From positions 15,600,550 to 15,664,549 of the forward strand of contig CM082579.2 of assembly GCA_040954595.2 (NCBI GenBank): DNA of 64,000 nucleotides. Reading direction: 5' to 3'. A model generated the notes under the pieces. The model saw nothing but the letters and a program-made list of their open reading frames with translations, searched no databases and was not told the origin of the DNA. Origin of the DNA: Balanoglossus misakiensis. Taxonomy: Eukaryota > Animalia > Hemichordata. The position numbers and the translations under genes were made by a program. Below are positions 12,201 through 23,605 of this stretch, one piece after another. How positions within the stretch are numbered: position 1 is the first letter of the stretch; each line of letters opens with the position of its first letter.

Positions 12201-15200
12201 AGGAAATCTGACTTGATCAACGTGGTCAATGTACGCCTGTTTCTGCTCTAGAGTGCAGGGGCTTCAGCTGAGCCAGGCCGTAGGAAACCCGACGTGATTA
12301 CCGTTGTTAACTTACGCCAGTCTGTGTCCTATATATAGTGCCGGGGCATTAGCCGTGCCAGGCCGAAGGAAATGTGAGTAGATCAACGTGGTCTCTGTAG
12401 GCGTGTTTCTGCTCTAGAGTGCCAGGGCTTTAGCCAAGCCATGCCGTAGGAAATCTGACTTGATCAACATTGCTAACGAACGCTAGTGTCTGTCATGGTG
12501 TGCCGGGGTTTTAGTCGAGCCAGGCCGTAGGAGATCTGACTTGATCATCGTGGTCAATGTACGCGTGTTTCCGCTCTAAAGTGCCGGGGCTTTAGCTGAG
12601 CCAGGCCGTAGGAAACCCGACGTGATTACCGTTGTTAACTTACGCCAGTCTGTGTCCTATATATAGTGCCGGGGCATCAGCCGTGCCAGGCCGAAGGAAA
12701 TGTGAGTAGATCAACGTGGTCTCTGTACGCATGTTTCTGCTCTAGAGTGCCAGGGCTTTAGCCAAGCCATGCCGTAGGAAATCTGACTTGATCAACGTTG
12801 CTAACGAACGCTAGTGTCTGTCATAGTAAGCCTGTGTTTTAGTCGAGCCAAGCCGTAGGAGATCAGACTTGATCAACGTGGTCTCTGTACGCGTGTTTCT
12901 GCTCTAGAGTGCCGGGGCTTTATCCAAGCCATGCCGTAGAAAATCTGACTTGATCACCGTTGCTAACGTACGCTAGTGTCTGTCATATTGTGACGGAGAT
13001 TTAGCCGAGCCAGGCCGTAGAAAAATCGACTTGTTGAACGTTACCAGTGTGCAACTGTTTCTGCTCTAGAGTGTCAGGGTTTTAGCCGACTTATGCTGTA
13101 GGACATCTGAGTTGATGAATGGGAATTCAATGTTAGAAAACCCGTGTGGAAAGTATCTCTACCCGTTTGAAACTAAGAAAAGAATTTATTCTTATTTATT
13201 TTGTAAAAAAGACAATTTTTCGAAAAACAGTCGAAAATTGTAATTTTGTCTTGTGTGATTCAAATTATACCGCCTTTTCTGGAATTTGCAGCACTTTTTA
13301 CAAGAGAACGACACTTCATGCTCCATAATATTTCCGAAAATGAAGAAAAGAGTTAATTTTTTATGATTTTTTAAAAATTTACCATTTTTGTCAAAATATG
13401 GCCAAAATGGCTATTTTTTCTTGAATTCCGTCAATATCTCAGCATTTTTGGAGTGGTCGAAACTTTTAACATCCAATCAACATGTCATATATAATCAGGG
13501 CACCGAATTCGAAGAACGAATAAAGCTTTTTTTAATTGTTTTTCTAAAAATGACATTTTCAAGCAAAATTTGATAACATGCAATTTTGTCTGCAGTGAGC
13601 CAAATAAGACTGTCTTTTGTGGAAATTGTATCGATATATACATACGAATGGCATTCTATACTCCATCAGATTACCGAAAATGTAGGAAACAGTTATTTTT
13701 CGTAATTTTCAAAAATTTACCATTTTTGACCAAAATGTGGCTAAAATGGTTATTTTCGTGTTGAATGCCGCCAGTGTCACTGCTTTTAAAAGTCATAAAA
13801 ACTTTTAACATACAAGCAATTGTTTATATATGATCAGGTCACCGAATTAAAAAATAAAGAATGTTTTGCCTAAAAATGACCTTTTTGGTGCAATAACGAA
13901 TAAAACGCAATTTTGTATTTAATCAGCTCATTCACAGTGCATTTTTTATAATCAGCACCATTTTTACATATAATGGAAATTTCATACATCATCAGATATC
14001 CAAATATGAAAAAATGATTTAGATTTTAGATGATTGTCCAAAATTAGCTGATATCTAATAAATGTAGTATTGAACCGTTCTGTTCCCCCCCCCCCCTACA
14101 TTACATGCGGTACGCCGATGTCAGCTTACCCGGCAGTACTGCAGGCCGTGCCCCCAACTAACGTCGGTGTTTGAAACGCCCTGGTTAAATTCGGGCTTTC
14201 TCTATAAATTGACAGGCAATAATGCAGTCGTACCCGAACAAATGTCAAGTGTTGAACCGCTGTGACTTTCCCTCTTCGGTTTGCTCGACTTAGCCAACGT
14301 CTTTGTACTAGAGTGTCGGGTCTTTTGCAGAGCCAGGCCGAATGAAATCCGACTTGATCACCGTTGCTAACGAACGCTAGTGTCTGTCATGGTGTGCCGG
14401 GGTTTTAGTCGAGCCAGGCCGTAGGAGATCTGACTTGATCATCGTGGTCAATGTACGCGTGTTTCCGCTCTAAAGTGCCGGGGCTTCAGCTAAACCAGGC
14501 CGTAGGAAATCCGACGTAATCACCGTTGATAACTTACGCCAGTCTGTGTCATATAGAGCCGGTGCACCAGCCGAGTCACGCCGTAGGAAATCTGACTTGA
14601 TCAACGTGGTCAATGTACGCCTGTTTCTGCTCTAGAGTGCAGGGGCTTCAGCTGAGCCAGGCCGTAGGAAACCCGACGTGATTACCGTTGTTAACTTACG
14701 CCAGTCTGTGTCCTATATATAGTGCCGGGGCATTAGCCGTGCCAGGCCGAAGGAAATGTGAGTAGATCAACGTGGTCTCTGTAGGCGTGTTTCTGCTCTA
14801 GAGTGCCAGGGCTTTAGCCAAGCCATGCCGTAGGAAATCTGACTTGATCAACATTGCTAACGAACGCTAGTGTCTGTCATGGTGTGCCGGGGTTTTAGTC
14901 GAGCCAGGCCGTAGGAGATCTGACTTGATCATCGTGGTCAATGTACGCGTGTTTCCGCTCTAAAGTGCCGGGGCTTCAGCTAAACCAGGCCGTAGGAAAT
15001 CTGACTTGATCACAGTTGCTAACGTACGCTAGTGTCTGTCATATTGTGACGGAGATTTAGCCGAGCCAGGCCGTAGAAAAATCGACTTGTTCAACGTTAC
15101 CAGTGTGCAACTGTTTCTGCTCTAGAGTGTCAGGGTTTTAGCCGACTTATGCTGTAGGAAATCTGAGTTGATGAACGGGAATTCAATGTTAGAAAACCCG

Positions 15201-17156
15201 TGTGGAAAGTATCTCTACCCGTTTGAAACTAAGAAAAGAATTTATTCTTATTTATTTTGTAAAAAAAGACAATTTTTCGAAAAAAGTCGAAAATGGTAAT
15301 TTTGTCTTGGGTGATTCAAATTTTACTGCCTTTCCTGGAATTTGCAGCACTTTTTACAAGAGAACGACACTTCATGCTTCATAATATTTCCGAAAATGAA
15401 GAAAAGAGTTAATTGTTTAAGATTTTTCTAAAATTTACCATTTTTGTCAAAATATGGCCAAAATGGCTATTTTTTCTTAAATTCCGTCAATATCTCTGCA
15501 TTTTTGGAGTGGTCGAAAGTTTTAACATACAATCAACATGTCATATATGATCAGGGCACCAAATTCGAAGAACAAAGGTTTTTTTTTTTTTTTCTAAAAA
15601 TGACATTTTCAAGGTAAATTTGGTAAAACGCAATTTTGTCTGCAGTGAGCCATATTAGACTGTCTTTTTTTGGAATTTGTATCGATATACACATACGAAG
15701 AGCATTCTATACTCCATCAGATTTCCGAAAATGTAGAAAACAGGTATTTTTTGTAATTTTCAAAAATTTACCATTTTGACCAAATTGTGGCTAAAATGGT
15801 TATTTTCGTGTTGAATGCCGCCAGTGTCACTGCTTTTAAAAGTCATAAAAACTTTTAACATACAAGCAATTGTTTATATATGATCAGGTCACCGAATTAA
15901 AAAAAAATAAAGAATGTTTTGCCTAAAAATGACCTTTTTGGTGCAAAAACGAATAAAACGCAATTTTGTAATAAATCAGCTCATTCAGAGTGCATTTTTT
16001 ATAATCAGCACCATTTTTACATATGATGGAAATTTCATACATCATCAGATATCCAAATATGAAAAAATGATTTAGATTTTAGATGATTGTCCAAAATTAG
16101 CTGATATCTAATAAATGTAGTATTGAACCGTTCTGTTCCCCCCCCCCCCTACATTATATGCGGTACGCCGATGTCAGCTTACCCGGCAGTACTGCAGGCT
16201 GTGCCCCCAACTAACGTCAGTGTTTGAAACGCCCTGGTTAAATTCGGGCTTTCTCTATAAATTTACAGGCAATAATGCGGTCCTACCCGAACAAATGTCA
16301 AGTGTTGAACCGCTGTGACTTTCCCTTTTCGGTTTGCCCGACTTAGCCAACGTCTTTGTACTAGAGTGTCGGGTCTTTTGCAGAGCCAGGCCGAAGGAAA
16401 TCCGACTTGATCACCGTTGCTAACGAACGCTAGTGTCTGTCATGGTGTGCCGGGGTTTTAGTCGAGCCAGGCCGTAGGAGATCTGACTTGATCATCGTGG
16501 TCAATGTACGCGTGTTTCCGCTCTAAAGTGCCGGGGCTTCAGCTAAACCAGGCCGTAGGAAATCCGACGTAATCACCGTTGATAACTTACGCCAGTCAGT
16601 GTCATATAGAGCCGGTGCACCAGCCGAGTCACGCCGTAGGAAATCTGACTTGATCAACGTGGTCAATGTACGCCTGTTTCTGCTCTAGAGTGCCAGGGCT
16701 TCAGCTGAGCCAGGCCGTAGGAAACCCGACGTGATTACCGTTGTTAACTTACGCCAGTCTGTGTCCTATATATAGTGCCGGGGCATCAGCCGTGCCAGGC
16801 CGAAGGAAGTGTGAGTAGATCAACGTGGTCTCTGTACGCATGTTTCTGCTCTAGAGTGCCAGGGCTTTAGCCAAGCCATGCCGTAGGAAATCTGACTTGA
16901 TCAACGTTGCTAACGAACGCTAGTGTCTGTCATAGTAAGCCTGTGTTTTAGTCGAGCCAAGCCGTAGGAGATCAGACTTGATCAACGTGGTCTCTGTACG
17001 CGTGTTTCTGCTCTAGAGTGCCGGGGCTTTATCCAAGCCATGCCGTAGAAAATCTGACTTGATCACCGTTGCTAACGTACGCTAGTGTCTGTCATATTGT
17101 GACGGAGATTTAGCCAAGCCAGGCCCTAGAAAAATCGACTTGTTCAACGTTACCAG
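9294..17156 (+). repeat. Sat1 block 2 (about 3.7 monomers, one expanded to 2383 bp)
   Basis: Landmarks at 10763, 13146, 15202. Confidence 0.95.
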
Positions 17157-17543
17157 TGTAGTAACCTCGATGTGCCGTCTCAAATGGCGCCCTAATTCAC
17201 ATCAAAGGCCACAGGGTTCTATAGTATTTGCCGTTAACTAACTGGAGCTCACCATCGCCGACGAACATTCCTTGTCAGATGTCACAGAAAACGCTGCTCG
17301 GAACTTTACACGAACATTTAATGACTGAACACACAACACTGGCACTGGATGATGCGTCGCGGTGGTTGAAGTTTCCGTAGAAAACTGGCAAAAATCCCCA
17401 GGCTAACTGTGCAAAAGTCCTCACATGTGCGCCATGGAATTTTCCAGATATTTTCTAAACAAAAGCGCATGCGCTAATGTACTCACAGCTCGAGGGCGCT
17501 TGACTAAATATTTCAGTTTCTCTAAGAACTGGGCGTCCTTACA
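17157..17543 (-). repeat. BEL-2 3' LTR (387 bp), preceded on the minus strand by PPT-like TTTGGGGGCTGG
   Basis: Near-identical to 26428-26813, 51107-51493 and the reverse complement of 57345-57731. Confidence 0.95.
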
Positions 17544-17911
17544 CCAGCCCCCAAATTGTTCATCAAAAAACATTAACAATTTCCATCCTAGCAAATTCAA
17601 AACGGCAACATCCATATGTGCCGAAATTACATATCAAATAGAAATTACAAAACAATATCTATAAATATCTCGAAACGCGAAGTCGAAAGTTTTTCAGGAA
17701 ACGCGAATACAAGAATCCTTTTCTTCATGAATGTGATGATACATCCTAGACCATGCCCAGACCTCGTCCGGTCAATCATGCTGCCAAGCATGATATCCAA
17801 CACATCTGTACTTCAAAGATAAGATCAAACGCTGGACGTAGTGGATAGACTGGCCACTACTTGAGATCGTTGTTATTACAGCTGCTGGTAACTGCAACCA
17901 TACCAATACCA

Positions 17912-19282
17912 CTAAGTCTGTGCTTCCAACAATGTGCACAACTTATCATATGGTCTTTCTAAAACACTGGATCTGGTCTTCACCAATACTCGTCTCACCA
18001 CCCCTTTCCGATCAGGCATAACTTTGACGATTACACCCAAAGGCCACGCATTTCTGGAGGTGTTCTCCTCCTTTTCCAATACAAATCTGACAGATACTGC
18101 ACTTGCTTCCATCTGTGTACAGCATACAAGTCGTTCTTCTCCGTCACACCAGGGGGTGTTGCTACTCCCTTCATAGTAAGCAACATACTGGGTGTCAATG
18201 CTTTTAAGTCTCTAGCGTCTTCCGACGATACTGTAATCTCATGCGGTCCATCTGTACGACGACTTCTGTTCTTGGCACATCTCAACAATGTGTCACCCAC
18301 TTTACGTATCCAGGCCACTGCTTTCTTCAGTTTATACCAACTGGAGTAGTGGTCTATCATTTTCTGAACCGTCTCCTCCGCATTAACGGACATGGATCGA
18401 TCCGCCCCTTTGTCAGGCGTCTGTCGTTCTCCCGAAACAACAGGTACTGTTCCCAACACACGGGTACAGTTTCTTCTTCCGACCTCAAGGCTATTCTATG
18501 CACTAGTGCAGATTTCTTCACCTCTGGATCTTCTGGATCTAGCTGTGTATTGTAGCTATCACTTGGCCATTTGTCTTGTGTCTTCCGCAAGAAATCAGGA
18601 CCACCTATCCATCTTTCGTTCTTCAGAAAAGCATCTATTTTCTGACCTCTAGAGCACTCATCTGCCGGGTTGTCACTGGTATTAATGTAGCGCCAGTTCG
18701 CTGGGTCTGATCCTCCTCGAATCACTGCTAGTCTATTCGCCACGAAGGTATGAAATCTTGTGGTTTCGTTGTTTATGTACCGCAGCACGGTTTTGCTATC
18801 CGTCCAAAACACGGATTCATTGATTGGCAAATCCATCTCCTTTCTGAGAAGTTTGTCAAGCCTCACTGCTACAGTAGCTGCAGTTAATTCCATTCGTGGG
18901 ATCGATATTTGCTTCAATGGAGCCACTCTTGCTTTGGCCATCATCAAAGTGCTGTGGATGTTTCCGCTTTTGTCGATCAACCTAAGATATGATACAGCGC
19001 CATATCCATTTTCGCTGGCATCAGCAATGTGATGTAGCTGAGCTGTGTCTACTTCACCAAAGTGCTCGGGCTTTATACATCTGGGTACTGGGAAACACTC
19101 TTCTAATTTCGGTAGATCCCTCAACCAATTCTCCCACACTTTGCGTTGTTTTCCAGGAATATCATCATCCCAGCCTAGTTTTGCTTTACACAGCTGCTGC
19201 AAAAGCATCTTGGGTGGCAGAAGCGCTGGTGCTGCCATGCCCAGTGGGTCGTATAATGAACTAACCACTCCCAGAATTCCTC
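17912..19282 (-). pseudogene. pol: BEL-2 A Pol remnant: RNase H region and integrase C-terminus; RT and integrase core deleted
   Basis: SSLYDPLG, ADASENGYG, IPRMEL, NPAD, WPLG..V, RPYDKL; comparison with copy C shows a 1042-bp RT deletion at 19281-19282. Confidence 0.9.
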
Positions 19283-21361
19283 AATCGCCGGTCCAAATTG
19301 TATTCCACAGACTGTTGCGGCAGTTTCATTTTCTGACACGCCAGCCCCCGTAAGGAAACCATTTACGAACCAGCCTAAACGGGTACGTACGGCAAATGGT
19401 CCATCTCCATTACTGTTTATCACTTCCCATGGTTCAAACGCTTCAGGAACGTTACCACCGATGAGTAGGCCTATTTCCGCATCTATCTCAGGCAGGCGTA
19501 CCTTACGCAAATAAGGATACTTGCCAATGTCATCTTGTGTAACGATGAGATCTTTCGAAGCAGGAATTTTCTCTTGCGTATATGTAGCTGGAAGTTTGAT
19601 GATGTAATGCTCATCAAGATCTGAAACTTCTAGACCCTTGATAACACGACTATCAGCTGATTTACTTCCAGTGATAGTGTTCAGCATAATCTTTGTTTTC
19701 TTACCACCGACGTTCAGTTGTCGACGAAGTGTTTCCGTACAGAATACTGTGTCACTGCCGTTGTCAATAAAGGCGTACGTTTGTACACTAAGACCACTCG
19801 ATCTACATTTGACCTTGACGGGAATAATCACGGGTTTATATGCACACTCTCCATTCCCCGCAGATCTACATGATGCGTCAATCATCCCCACATTCGTTAA
19901 CACGGGTTTTCCAGACTGGTCTTTGGTTTTGTTGAAGTGCAACACGGTCGGATGCAGCTTGCCACATTTTTCACAAGTCAGCTTGCTTGTACAGTCTTTC
20001 ACCATATGTTTTCCATCTTTCAGGCAACCAAAACATAACCCTTTCGTTTTTATGAGCCGTTTCTTGTCATCGTAAGCCTTGGAGGCAAACACTTGACAGT
20101 CTTGAAATTCATGTGTACTGTCTGCACAACACAAACACGGAGTAACAGTCTCTGTGCTGACTGTGTAGGCGTTGCGTCTTTGTGTACCACTAGTTGCTTT
20201 CTTGATGTTTTTTGCTCCCTTGTCATTGGATGGAATGCCGGCGAGGTTACCAAACACCTCTTGGGACATTATCTTGGCTTCCCTGTTGACAAATTCCACA
20301 AGATCTTTGAACTGCACTGATCGTTGTTGTACGATACTGTATGTTCTGCTGCGCCACCGGTCTCTCAACTTGAAAGGCAGTTTGTAAACCAACATTTGCA
20401 AGTTTTTGTAGTGGTTGAGCTCTCTCAGATGTGATTCACCTTTCATAGCATTTTCACACTTGGTCAAGAAAAGAGCGAAATCTTTCAAAGCGGTCTTATC
20501 CTCGGATTTCAATTCCGGCCAATCTTCTGCTTGCTTGGTGTAGGCTCTGGCCGTCACGTATGGATTGCCGAACTCAGTTTCAAGCAATTTTCTGGCTCTT
20601 TCGTATCCTTCATTCGCTTCCATGTGAATGCAACTGCTCACTATTTCTCTCGGTTCACCACGTGTATACTGCTCCAAGTAATACAAACGATCATCAGGAT
20701 CTTCAGTGTTAGATTCTATGCCATGCCGAAAGGCACGTATAAATGATTTATACTGCAATGGGTCCCCATCGAACACGGGTATCGATTGCGGCGGTAAAGC
20801 GGCACGCTTGTTATGCTCAAACAACAGTTTAGTAACTGTGGCTAGGTTATGATCACTACAGGAACTGTGGCTGCTATTGCTACCTGTACACGAACCAAGG
20901 TCAGGACTGAATTTCGTCTGCTTGTTTACATCGGGTTTTCTTTTTTTCTGGACTGCATACAATGCTGTCGACAGGACTATCAGACTTAGTAACGTTGGGA
21001 CTATCACATGTGTGGAAACTACCCAAGTTGCTAGCACTTGAACTCTTCATCTTGATGTTGCCCCGAAATGCAGCGGGTGTCTTAAAGAGATCTTGTAGGT
21101 TGTATTCTTGTAAACTACTTTCATCTTCACCATTTTCAAAATGACGATACACTTCGATTATTGCATTCTGTTCAGCAATTTCTGTTTTGATTTCCAACAA
21201 TTGTTTTTGTTTGTTTATTTTGGATTGTTCTTCGTTTATTTTGAATTCAAATTCGTCTAATTTCTGTTTTTCCTCCAAACCTGCCATACGAGTCATCAGT
21301 TCCGCCCGTTTCACTGCGGCTGCGATTATAGATGCCTTGCTATTAATACTACTCAGTCTGA
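19283..21361 (-). pseudogene. gag: BEL-2 A Gag (CCHC knuckles) and protease
   Basis: ORFs 20901-21314 and 19175-21037: FDGDPLQY, CFGC...H...C, CEKC..HPT.LH, protease YAFIDNGS, GLLIG. Confidence 0.92.
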
Positions 21362-21693
21362 TTTCAGGGTACCTAATTTACATGCATTTGCATAAAATCA
21401 TTTCAAATGAACAGCGCCCCCGTGCTTAAGTATGTGTCCGTTAGGATTTTTTCCCGAGGTACCGATAATCTCACTTTTCCAGCTTAATACTGCGTTAGAA
21501 GAATTATTCTCATCCCGAAACTGACGTATACCCGGTAAGTTGCTGTTTCTATCATATTTCACGCCATTGTTAGTCCAAAGAATTAGGTTATACGCGTTTC
21601 GAGTGGTGTGCCCGTACGGACTTTCACGATTTTTCCGTGATTTTCAACACTGCCCCGCGTCTAAGTGCCGGTTTTTAAAAATCGAAAATTGAC

Positions 21694-21728
<35 letters not shown>

Positions 21729-22970
21729 TTATTTGTATAGCGTCAGTATCCACAAAAAATGTGATCAATGACGCTTAAAGCAAAAGTACAATACAACAAA
21801 TGGCTAAAAAACAGATTTAAAAAGTAAAGTTTTAACATTTGATTTAAAAACAGATAAGTCTGGTGCCTGGCGAATGGTGAGTGGAAGATTATTCCAAAGA
21901 ATTGGAGCAGCAACAGTAAAAGCACGATCACCATAACTCTTGGTGCGTGATCGAACAGGGCAGAGTTTGAACTGATCAGCTGACCTTAAATTGCGACATG
22001 GAACATATAGATTAGTCATGCTAGAAAGATAGATTGGACCAAGTTTATGAATGGATTTAAAAATGAGAACTAACATCTTAAAAACAATACGCTCTGTAAC
22101 AGGTAGCCAGTGCAACTGATACAAAATTGGAGTGATGTGACAGGTGATTTTAGAACGAGTTACAATTCTAGCAGCAATATTCTGAACGCGTTGGATACGG
22201 TTGATTGAATACTTCGGGAGCCCCAAAAAAAGTGAATTACATGAATCAATTCGAGACGTAATGAATGCATGAACTAATTGCTCTGTAGCTGAATGAGATA
22301 AATATTTGCGGATAAGCGCAATGCGACGTAAATGAAAAGTGGCAGAGCGGCAGATCTGTCCAATATGTGGCTTCATTGTCAGACAAGAGTCAAGGATCAC
22401 TCCAAGGCTCTTAGCCTGACAATGGACGGGAATCAGAGAATCGCCAACACGAATTTCTGAAATCCCTCTAGCAGACAGATCACCCAAAATACCAGAGAAA
22501 ATAACAAATTCAGTCTTATCATCGTTTAAGCACAAGAAGTTTTTAGACATCCAAAACCTAACATCAGAAATACAAAGTTACAGATTTGAAACAGTTCTTG
22601 CTGCGTTGTCTTTACTAAAAGACATATAAAGTGAAGAGTCATCTGCATAAAAACTATAAAGACAACCATGACTTTGAACTAATTCACCTAATGGAGACGT
22701 GTACATATTGAAAAGTATGGGACCAAGAACTGATCCCTGTGGTACCCCAGTGTCGAGCGGATAAAAAGGTGATTGGGTGGAATTTACAAGTACATACTGA
22801 CTACGATTGGAAAGGTATGACTTAAACCACATGAGAACAGTATCTGAGAGACCGAAGCGGTCTCTTAAGCGATTGAGTAAAATGGTATGGTTCACAGTGT
22901 CAAATGCTGCGGAAAGATCGAGTAATACCAAGAAAACATCTCTTTTTTCATCAAGAGCAAGCAAAATGTT
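21694..22970 (-). mobile_element. 5'-truncated L2 (CR1-group) LINE with an (ATT)n tail
   Basis: ORFs 22578-22964 (LLDLSAAFDTV, GVPQGSVLGP, FYADD) and 21804-22550 (HAFITSRID, LHWLP, WNNLP); 3' stem AGCGTCA..TGACGCT and a trinucleotide tail at 21694-21728. Confidence 0.92.
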
Positions 22971-23251
22971 GAGTTGATTATTGTTTTATCGAAATTTGCG
23001 TATTTTTAGTCTGCTCAAGGTCCGGAAAAATTGCGAACGCCTGTTTACTGAATGTGTGTATGTACCGTGTTCTAACATGGCGGCGGAAGGAATCCATACC
23101 CGGAAGTAGCGAATGCGCGACTGTGGCAAGCTATTTTAGATCATTATGTCCCGGTCCAATTTCGTAATTTTCTTGCTGAGAGCTCTGATTGGACATGATT
23201 TTTGGCGCAATGATGGGACAGTAGGTGTCCAGACGTCATCGTAGACCTTAA

Positions 23252-23605
23252 AGGGACAAAGTCTCTCTCTAGCTGCCTTTTTTCCATTAATTATATTTGA
23301 TACAAGACATGAGATACAAGTTTGTTATTCTACATGTGGATATATAGTGAATCAACGTTCAACCACACACAACTTCCATCCCTCTTATAGACAGGAGAGT
23401 GGAAAAACTCGCCAAAATGAATAATCGTTCTTTACCATTTATTCATTTTGGGCGAGTTTTTACTCTCATATCTTACAAGTGGGATGGAAGTTGTGTGTGG
23501 TCGAATGTAGATTTACTATATATCCACATGTACATTAACATAAACAGTGTCTTGTATCAAACATAATTAGTGGAAAAAGGGCAGCGAGAGAGAGACTTTG
23601 TCCCT
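23252..23605. mobile_element. Fold-back MITE, Kolobok-like (TTAA TSD, AG..CT termini)
   Basis: TTAA at 23248-23251 and 23606-23609; TIR AGGGACAAAGTCTCTCTCT; imperfect palindrome over nearly the whole 354 bp. Confidence 0.88.
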
